A stretch of 32,000 nucleotides of DNA from Parasynechococcus marenigrum WH 8102 (GTDB lineage Bacteria; Cyanobacteriota; Cyanobacteriia; PCC-6307; Cyanobiaceae), in the NCBI RefSeq assembly GCF_000195975.1, contig NC_005070.1, positions 1,200,001 through 1,232,000 of the forward strand, written 5' to 3'. Below, piece after piece: positions 19,981 through 26,155 of this stretch. The translations under genes were made by a program, and so were the position numbers. Numbering within the stretch: the stretch's first letter is position 1; every line of letters starts with the position of its first letter. The notes under the pieces were generated by a model. That model was not told the DNA's origin and made no database searches. It saw nothing but the letters and a program-made list of their open reading frames with translations.

Positions 19981-21367
19981 CTCGGCGCAGAAACGCCAGA
20001 TTCTCCAGATGGGTGGTCTGGGGAAAGAAATCAACCGGCTGGAGCTGCTCCAACCGGTAAGGGCCCTCCGGTTGGAGCAACCGTTTCAGATCCCTGGCCT
20101 GGGTTGCCATGTCGCAACTGAGGTAGGCCAACAGGCCTGGTGGATCACTCAGGATTGCCTCAATCACGCTGCTCTCAAGACCTCGCCGTGGTGGATCGAC
20201 CACCAGTGCTGAACATGTCGCCAGCGTTTCCTTAAGCAAATTGGCCACATCACCGGCCTGGAACTCGGTCCGCGCCCCCAGACCGTTGGCATCGGCATTG
20301 CTGCGAGCTTGATCGATGGAGTCGGGGTTGATCTCAAGGCCCACGACGTGATGACCCTGTGCAGCCAGAGGCAAGCTGATGGTGCCGATGCCGCAGTAGG
20401 CGTCGACGATTGGGCCTGCGAGCTCCGCCTGACTCAGCCAGCTCACGATGCACGCCACGATGCGTTCCGCCTGGGGCGTGTTGATCTGAAAAAAGGTGGT
20501 GGTGCTGAGCTGAAGCTGCAGTCCACAGAACAGTTCTCGAATCGTGGGGGCACCCGCCAGAACAGTGGTTGTTGCTCCCAGGATCTGGTTGGTCCGGCGG
20601 GGCTGAAGATTCAGGGTGACTCCCTTGACCGGGTCCCAGCGCTCGATCCATTGCTGGGCCAGCCGTTGCAAGGCAGGCAGCTGCTGACTGCTCACCACAG
20701 TGATCAAGACCTCGCCGGTGTGGTGTCCGATCCGTAGACCAAGGTGGCGAAGTCCCTGGGAATGGCTGAGATCGTGATCGGCGCTGAGGCCACTGGTATC
20801 CAGATCCTGCTTGAGCGGTTCGACCAGAGCATCCAGGCGTGGATCCAGCACTGGACAGCGGGAGAGATTGACGATGCGATGGCTGCCGCGACGGAAGTAG
20901 CCCATGCGTAGGCGGTCGTCCTCTCCACGACGCAGGGGAATCAACCCGCGGTTGCGATAGCCGAGGCCACGCTGATCCGTGAGGGCAGGAGCTTGGGGAT
21001 GGTCGATGCCCCCGAGCCGCAGCATCGTCTGGTGGAGCTGATTCTGCTTCCAATTCCGCTGGGCTGACTCCTCAAGGTGCTGCAGAGTGCAGCCACCGCA
21101 ATCCTGAGCAAGAATGCAAGGAGGCCGTCGGCGGGTCGGCGAGCTGTCCAGTCGTTCACTGATGCGACTCAGCCATCGCGACTTCTGCCGCTGTTGAAGC
21201 TGCACCTTCGCCCGTTCGCCCGGTAATAGACCCGGCACCACCACCACCCACCCCTGCCAACGGGCCAGACCGTGGCCATCCCGATCCAGATCGATGGCCT
21301 GCAATTCCAGGCGAAGACCTGGCCTTGGCCCACTCGAATCAGCCTCGGTGCCGTTGGTCTCAGGCAT
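19970..21367 (-). CDS. rlmD: 23S rRNA (uracil-C5)-methyltransferase, RlmD/RumA family
   Basis: 465 aa with an N-terminal TRAM-like domain. Fe-S Cys cluster is CILAQDCGGC (C-x6-C-x2-C), SAM motif is VDAYCGIGTISL, catalytic region is YLSCDMAT. It overlaps the pheT 3' end by 11 nt. Confidence 0.88.
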   Translation of the reverse strand: MPETNGTEADSSGPRPGLRLELQAIDLDRDGHGLARWQGWVVVVPGLLPGERAKVQLQQRQKSRWLSRISERLDSSPTRRRPPCILAQDCGGCTLQHLEESAQRNWKQNQLHQTMLRLGGIDHPQAPALTDQRGLGYRNRGLIPLRRGEDDRLRMGYFRRGSHRIVNLSRCPVLDPRLDALVEPLKQDLDTSGLSADHDLSHSQGLRHLGLRIGHHTGEVLITVVSSQQLPALQRLAQQWIERWDPVKGVTLNLQPRRTNQILGATTTVLAGAPTIRELFCGLQLQLSTTTFFQINTPQAERIVACIVSWLSQAELAGPIVDAYCGIGTISLPLAAQGHHVVGLEINPDSIDQARSNADANGLGARTEFQAGDVANLLKETLATCSALVVDPPRRGLESSVIEAILSDPPGLLAYLSCDMATQARDLKRLLQPEGPYRLEQLQPVDFFPQTTHLENLAFLRRVSS

Positions 21368-21448
21368 TGCAATGGCGTAACACCAGGGTGGTCACAAGAC
21401 GGTTGACCCACTTGAGACCACTAAACTCCACGAAGCCTGTTCAGTTCC

Positions 21449-21943
21449 ATGAGTGTTGTCCGGGATCTCATCCTTCAGGCCGATGAGGATCTGCGGTACC
21501 CGACCAGTGGTGAACTGCAAAGCATGGTCGCCTTCCTTGAGCAGGGCGCTATGCGAGTGTCCGTCGTCAAGGTGCTGACGGACAACGAGAAGAAGATCGT
21601 TGATGAATCCGCCAAGCAGCTGTTCGGCCGCAAGCCCGAGTACGTCGCCCCAGGAGGCAATGCTTACGGCCAGAAACAACGCGCTCAGTGCCTGCGTGAT
21701 TACAGCTGGTACCTGCGTTTGGTCACCTACGGCGTTCTGGCTGGCAGCACCGAAATGATCCAGGACATCGGCCTTGTCGGCGCTCGCGAGATGTACAACA
21801 GCCTGGGTGTTCCGATGCCCGGAATGGTGGAAGCGATGAAAACGATGAAGGATGCCTCCCTGGCCCTGCTGTCTGACGCTCAGGTGATGTTGGCGGCTCC
21901 ATATTTCGACTACCTGATTCAGGGGATGCAGACATCCACCTGA
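21449..21943 (+). CDS. apcD: Allophycocyanin alpha-B subunit
   Basis: 164 aa phycobiliprotein. Colinear with ApcD by recall (ILQADEDLRYPTSGEL, GGNAYGQKQRAQCLRDYSWYLRLVTYGVLAG, REMYNSLGVPMPGMVEA, APYFDYLIQ). Chromophore Cys is in RAQCLRD. Confidence 0.92.
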   Translation: MSVVRDLILQADEDLRYPTSGELQSMVAFLEQGAMRVSVVKVLTDNEKKIVDESAKQLFGRKPEYVAPGGNAYGQKQRAQCLRDYSWYLRLVTYGVLAGSTEMIQDIGLVGAREMYNSLGVPMPGMVEAMKTMKDASLALLSDAQVMLAAPYFDYLIQGMQTST

Positions 21944-21971
21944 TTTGTTTGCCGGTCTCAATCAAGACTCG

Positions 21972-22004
21972 CCCCTGGTCGCGCGATGCGTCCAGGGGTT
22001 TTTT
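21972..22004 (+). terminator. Rho-independent terminator of apcD
   Basis: CCCCTGG (21972-21978), a 13-nt loop, CCAGGGG (21992-21998), then TTTTTT (21999-22004). It starts 29 nt after the apcD stop. Confidence 0.8.
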
Positions 22005-22530
22005 AGTGAGATTTAAAAGCGCTCAATCGGCTCGTTCGAGTCTTTAGGTGAGACTCTGTGCGCGTCTCATATGCGACTACCGCGCGACATAATTTGCGCG
22101 CACCAGAATCGTTTCCTTGCTGAGTTGCGTCACTGTGTCTATAGCAGATACGCAGCCACAAAAATGCCGGCTTTAACTGGGCTCTTCCCCTTGTCCTGAT
22201 GACATGGACGGGACCAGGACATCAGGAGCTCGTCAGCTTTCTCGCTGTTAAGAATGAAACCCTGCGTCAAATCAATCTCTGTGAAGATATAGATACTCGA
22301 ACATTAGAAATCGTCAAAAAATCATTGTTGATGCCTACTCAGTCTTTGCAGATAAGACTTAATTTGAGTCAGAAAATGAGTCCATCTTGAGACATGAGAG
22401 TTCTGCAAGGTTCGGTTGACTGGGGTCTTTGCGGCTTGCTGATCCAGCGAAGGCGGCATTGGGTCGCATAAATCTCATACTCGACGCAATATGCGTCTCA
22501 TGCTGTGTGTCAGTTGAGACCAGCAATTAC

Positions 22531-23514
22531 TTATTGCCGGTACAGCTCGCGCAGGAGTCGATAGGCCTCATTCAGCCGGCGCATGCTGTCGGTGGATCCG
22601 CCGGAATCCGGGTGGGCGTCTCGGGCCAGGTTCTTGTAGGCCTCGCGGATCGACGTAATCGTGACGGAGGCCCCGACTTGTGTGGATAAACCGAGCAACT
22701 TCAATGCTCCGTGCACGGTCATCGTGGATTCGAGCGTTTCGAACGACGTGACCTGACGGCTGCGGCGGAAACGATTCACAAAGCGCCTGACAAGCGTTGG
22801 CATCCGTTCGGAGAGGCCAGCCGTTGCAAAAGGGTCTTCCAGGGCGCCGGCCACCACCATGACCCGTCCGAGGGAAGGAGGTTCGGCCTTCCAGTCAGCA
22901 CAGAGTTCTTCCATCGCTGCATTGGCAGCTGTCCAGGTGAAGGAACGGCCCTCACTCGCATCCAGATTGCTCCAGAGATCCCTGGCCAACCAGAGCATCG
23001 CTGCTTCCACAACGGTCTGTCCGGGTGCCTGTCCATAAAGGGAAGACCAATGATCGTCGGCAGCCTGAGCAGCGGCCTGTAGATCCTCGTGCGCAACAGA
23101 CGAGAGCAACGGTGCGTCGTTGGACGATGGAGATCGTTTCGGGGTCTGAAGAGTGTCTCTGAGCTGACTGGTGCGACGGCTGACAAAGCCAGGGAGATCG
23201 ATGCCACCCGCTGTGGTGGAAACAGGAGCAGGTGCTGCCTGCTGTTGATGGCGCTCCGTCGGGGATTCAATCAACACGAGGCTGGTGACTTCAGTGCTGG
23301 CGTCGGCGTCAAGGGCAGCCGTTGTGACTGATCGGTGGTCAGGGGATTTGGACTCGTCATCCTCCACATCCCCCAGGATTCCTTCGAGGAGAATTTCGAG
23401 AACCTGGCCCCTCGACCGAACGCCGTACTCCCGCTTGAGCTGGTCGATCAAAGAGACCTGGCGACTCGGAAGCTTGAGCGAGATGGTTTTCGACGTGGAT
23501 TCCTCGTCGGTCAA
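22531..23514 (-). CDS. Protein with an N-terminal ribbon-helix-helix-like segment and a C-terminal J domain
   Basis: 327 aa. N-terminus KTISLKLPSRQVSLIDQLKREYGVRSRGQVLEILLEG is CopG/Arc-like. C-terminus HGALKLLGL...IREAYKNLARDAHPDSGGSTDSMRRLNEAYRLL is a J domain with HPD. The first usable start is TTG 23514, and there is no in-frame ATG before the RHH segment. Confidence 0.8.
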   Translation of the reverse strand: MTDEESTSKTISLKLPSRQVSLIDQLKREYGVRSRGQVLEILLEGILGDVEDDESKSPDHRSVTTAALDADASTEVTSLVLIESPTERHQQQAAPAPVSTTAGGIDLPGFVSRRTSQLRDTLQTPKRSPSSNDAPLLSSVAHEDLQAAAQAADDHWSSLYGQAPGQTVVEAAMLWLARDLWSNLDASEGRSFTWTAANAAMEELCADWKAEPPSLGRVMVVAGALEDPFATAGLSERMPTLVRRFVNRFRRSRQVTSFETLESTMTVHGALKLLGLSTQVGASVTITSIREAYKNLARDAHPDSGGSTDSMRRLNEAYRLLRELYRQ

Positions 23515-23538
23515 GCGATCAGCCTTGCTGCCGGAAGG

Positions 23539-25131
23539 TTATCGACCCTGAAGCTGGCGAAGCCACTGCTGCTGGCTACGTATGGCGTCGGTGTAGCGAG
23601 GTGCTGGAACCGGAACGATGGCTGGTAGCGGTGGGGGTGGACTCGGTTGCTTCTGTTTTGCTGTCGCTGGAGTTTTGGCAGGTTCCACAGCTGGTGTTGC
23701 GATCTTGTCCGGAGTGTTCGCCGGCGTGACCACGGGCTCGATTGCCGCGGGTGGTGCTTGCTTGGGAACCACGTTGCGTTGTTTCTTGTAGGCGGCCAAT
23801 TGGTCCAGCGCTTCCTTCTGCTGCTTCTGCCGTTGATGCAGCATCGCCAGCTGTTGAACAGGGACAACACTCAGCAGATGACCTGGCGTTGCATCGGCGG
23901 GATAAACCAGGCTGATTTTGACCGGGTTGGTTCGCCCTGGTGTCAAGCGAAGGTCCGTCAAGGCCAGGCTTTCGCCAGCCCGCAGCCCCACGTGGATCTC
24001 CTCGACCTCATCGCCTTGTTGAATTCTGATCGAGCCTCGAAACGCTGTAAAAGGTTTTTTCCCCGAGACAACCGGATGGCTCATCACCAGTTGATGGGCT
24101 CCTTGGCCTTTCAGGTTCAAGGTGACGTCGTAACGGACTCCGTAGGTTCCGACGTTGTTCAAGGCTGAATCGACCATCCGGCTGGTCAATGGATTCACCT
24201 GAACATCACGGGTTCCGAAATTGTGGCGGGACGTACTGGTCAGAGGGACGTGAAGGGGCCCCTGATTGAGATTGTGATCCTTGCTGGCGGTGTAGCGGTC
24301 GCCGATGGCAACACCGGCGACGCGTGAAAACACCTCACCTGTTTGGATCTCCCGCAGGCGATCGAGATAGATGCGACCGGGGGCGAGACGGCCTCGGCGA
24401 AGAACAGCTGTCAGCGCCTGATCACTTCGACTTTCTTCGGCTGCGACCACAGCGAGCTGGAAAGGACCATCGCTGCGACCTTGGAGCAGGCCATTCGCGA
24501 TGCCTCGTGCCGGTAGGTCTGTACTGACCACAACACGGCTGGAGCGAGCAGGAATCGTGATGGATGACTTCAGTTTGCGATCCAGCTCTTCGCGCAGCAT
24601 CTGGACGGCCGTTGCGTCACCCGGGCCAGTGTTCCAAGGCCGCTTGCCGAGGGGTTTGACTCCCATCAGGTTGTTTGGAAGGTACGGGGCCTCAAAACTG
24701 TTTTTGACCGAACCCGTGGAGAACGTCAGCGTGACCGGTCGATCTCCTGGATTGATCGCAATCAGGCCAAGGGTCAGAAGGCCGCGCTTCTTGGCCCCCC
24801 CCAGTTTTTTGCTGTCGAATGGGTAGTACTTGTGGTGCATATGCACCCCAAAATTGCCGTTGAAGGTGTAGTCGGCATTTTTCAGAGGGCGCCTGGTTTC
24901 GGCCGCAATGGCTGATCCGGGAGCTGTGTTCACCAGAATTCCTGGCCCTGTCACGATCTCTGGCTGATTGGAATGCAGGACGGGAACGCTGTTGAAGGAG
25001 CCATTGAGGGGCTTGGCTCGCTGACCTGCCATGAGAGCGACGTAAGCCGACGCCGGCTGAGCAACAACAAGGCAGCTTGTCGCAGTTGCGACGCAGGCCA
25101 GGACTTGAAGTGGGTCGCGTCCGAGCCTCAT
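23539..25131 (-). CDS. Secreted protein of unknown function (possibly the cyanobacterial DUF3370 type) with a Pro/Ala/Lys-rich C-terminal tail
   Basis: 530 aa. Signal peptide is ...LACVATATSCLVVAQPASAY, followed by a beta-rich body and a C-terminal tail (QRQKQQKEALDQL...PSPPPPLPAIVPVPAP). ATG at 25131. The DUF assignment is recall only. Confidence 0.8.
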   Translation of the reverse strand: MRLGRDPLQVLACVATATSCLVVAQPASAYVALMAGQRAKPLNGSFNSVPVLHSNQPEIVTGPGILVNTAPGSAIAAETRRPLKNADYTFNGNFGVHMHHKYYPFDSKKLGGAKKRGLLTLGLIAINPGDRPVTLTFSTGSVKNSFEAPYLPNNLMGVKPLGKRPWNTGPGDATAVQMLREELDRKLKSSITIPARSSRVVVSTDLPARGIANGLLQGRSDGPFQLAVVAAEESRSDQALTAVLRRGRLAPGRIYLDRLREIQTGEVFSRVAGVAIGDRYTASKDHNLNQGPLHVPLTSTSRHNFGTRDVQVNPLTSRMVDSALNNVGTYGVRYDVTLNLKGQGAHQLVMSHPVVSGKKPFTAFRGSIRIQQGDEVEEIHVGLRAGESLALTDLRLTPGRTNPVKISLVYPADATPGHLLSVVPVQQLAMLHQRQKQQKEALDQLAAYKKQRNVVPKQAPPAAIEPVVTPANTPDKIATPAVEPAKTPATAKQKQPSPPPPLPAIVPVPAPRYTDAIRSQQQWLRQLQGR

Positions 25132-25177
25132 GAGACGGCCTTCAGTCGGGTCTCGGCTGAAGTTCTGCTGGTCAAAG

Positions 25178-25247
25178 GTGACTCACGGTAAGTCGTGGAT
25201 CCGTGCAAGCCAAGCCATCAGTGACTCACGGGACCAGGGCGGATCCG
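25178..25247. promoter_or_regulatory. Tandem bipartite repeat (GTGACTCACGG-N8/9-GGATCCG, two copies) in the upstream region of the secreted-protein gene
   Basis: Copy 1 is at 25178-25188 plus 25197-25203. Copy 2 is at 25221-25231 plus 25241-25247. Both half-elements are near-palindromic (GTGAcTCAC, GGATCC). A candidate minus-strand promoter, TTGGCT (25213-25208)-17-TACCGT (25190-25185), overlaps copy 1. Confidence 0.45.
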
Positions 25248-25275
25248 CCAGAATTGGATTAGAAGATTTCGTTCG

Positions 25276-25449
25276 ATGCTCCCCCCGTTTTGCTGCAATG
25301 GAAGCTCCGATCTCCAGCAGCGGAGACGGCAGCATCAGGAGCGAAAGATGGCCATGCTCATCTTCTGGCGTGATGGGTTGGAGCGTCAGCTGGCTGCATT
25401 AAATGCAACCATCGGCACGCTCCACGACCAGATGCAACGGGATGCTTAG
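25276..25449 (+). CDS. Candidate small ORF (57 aa from ATG 25276, or 33 aa from ATG 25348)
   Basis: Below the track's size cutoff and translated by hand: MLPPFCCNGSSDLQQRRRQHQERKMAMLIFWRDGLERQLAALNATIGTLHDQMQRDA. Hand-counted third-position GC is about 68%, which looks coding-like for this genome. Its stop TAG (25447-25449) overlaps the sigma gene stop. Confidence 0.3.
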   Translation: MLPPFCCNGSSDLQQRRRQHQERKMAMLIFWRDGLERQLAALNATIGTLHDQMQRDA

Positions 25450-26075
25450 TGAGCTGTTTGAAGTGAGCCCAGCCTGAGCTTCAGCTGTTTGAGGCCTTTC
25501 TTCACCCGTCGTTGAACGGTCATGGCAGATACTCCGAGGCTTGTGCCGACGTTGCGCAGGCTTCGGCCATCAATGACCACCGCCTTGACGGCGTGCTTTT
25601 CAGCATCTCCGAGCTGGGAAAAGGCCAATTGAATGGCGTCACGTCGTTCCGCATTCACCATCATCGTAATTCCGCTGTTCGATTGGGCCTGCTGTTCCTC
25701 TGGACAGGGCAGCCAGCGATTTTTGCTCCGATACAGAGCCTGCACCCACTCCTCGCGGCTGTTCTTTGGCTGATGGATTTGACTGAGTCGTTGTGCTTCC
25801 TCCTCGATCCGTCTTGGCAGGCGGACGAGGGCGACACTGTCGCGTAGGTAATGAAGGATCGCTCCACGGGCGTGGACTCTGGCAAATGCCTCGAAAGGAA
25901 CGTTCGTTTCGCTTCTATATGCCTTGGTCGCCTTGATCAGACCAAGGACCGCCACCTGATAGAGGTCGTCATGGTCGAGACCTGTTCGTTGAGAAAAGCT
26001 CCTGGCAAGCCGTTCGGCGAGGTAAAGGTGGCGCTCAACTTGTTGGTTGCGCCGTTGAACTGTGGTGTTGGACAT
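25446..26075 (-). CDS. Small sigma-70-family RNA polymerase sigma factor (group 3 / SigF-like)
   Basis: Region 2 is DDLYQVAVLGLIKATKAYR...FEAFARVHARGAILHYL. Region 4.2 HTH is SLRNVGTSLGVSAMTVQRRVKKGL. Start placed at ATG 26075 (MSNTTVQRRNQQVERHLYL). Alternative starts at ATG 26156 or GTG 26159 would couple it to the upstream gene. Confidence 0.85.
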   Translation of the reverse strand: MSNTTVQRRNQQVERHLYLAERLARSFSQRTGLDHDDLYQVAVLGLIKATKAYRSETNVPFEAFARVHARGAILHYLRDSVALVRLPRRIEEEAQRLSQIHQPKNSREEWVQALYRSKNRWLPCPEEQQAQSNSGITMMVNAERRDAIQLAFSQLGDAEKHAVKAVVIDGRSLRNVGTSLGVSAMTVQRRVKKGLKQLKLRLGSLQTAH

Positions 26076-26155
26076 GAACAAATGAATGTCGGGACATTGC
26101 ATCCCGTCTGTTGTTAAGGCCATGCACATCCCAAATGGCCATTGCATCCGTGACA

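Noticed and set aside
21403-21427. TTGACC (21403-21408) and TAAACT (21422-21427) upstream of apcD as a promoter.
   Set aside because: The spacer is only 13 nt, which is incompatible with a standard -35/-10 pair. TAAACT may still be a -10, but I cannot support a full promoter call.
22005-22530. Known cyanobacterial RNAs as an explanation for the spacer (tmRNA, 6S/Yfr7, Yfr1, Yfr2-type).
   Set aside because: I could not find a tmRNA-like acceptor/T-arm or tag reading frame. I could not find the Yfr1 ACUCCUCACAC motif. There is no extended 5'-3' end pairing of the 6S type, only an 8-bp long-range match (22070-22077 with 22463-22470). A covariance-model scan is still needed.
25130-25402. 90-aa plus-strand ORF starting back-to-back with the secreted-protein gene's start codon.
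   Set aside because: Its composition is Arg/Ser/Trp/Cys-rich, it has no motif, and it is in a different frame from the more coding-like small ORF at 25276..25449.
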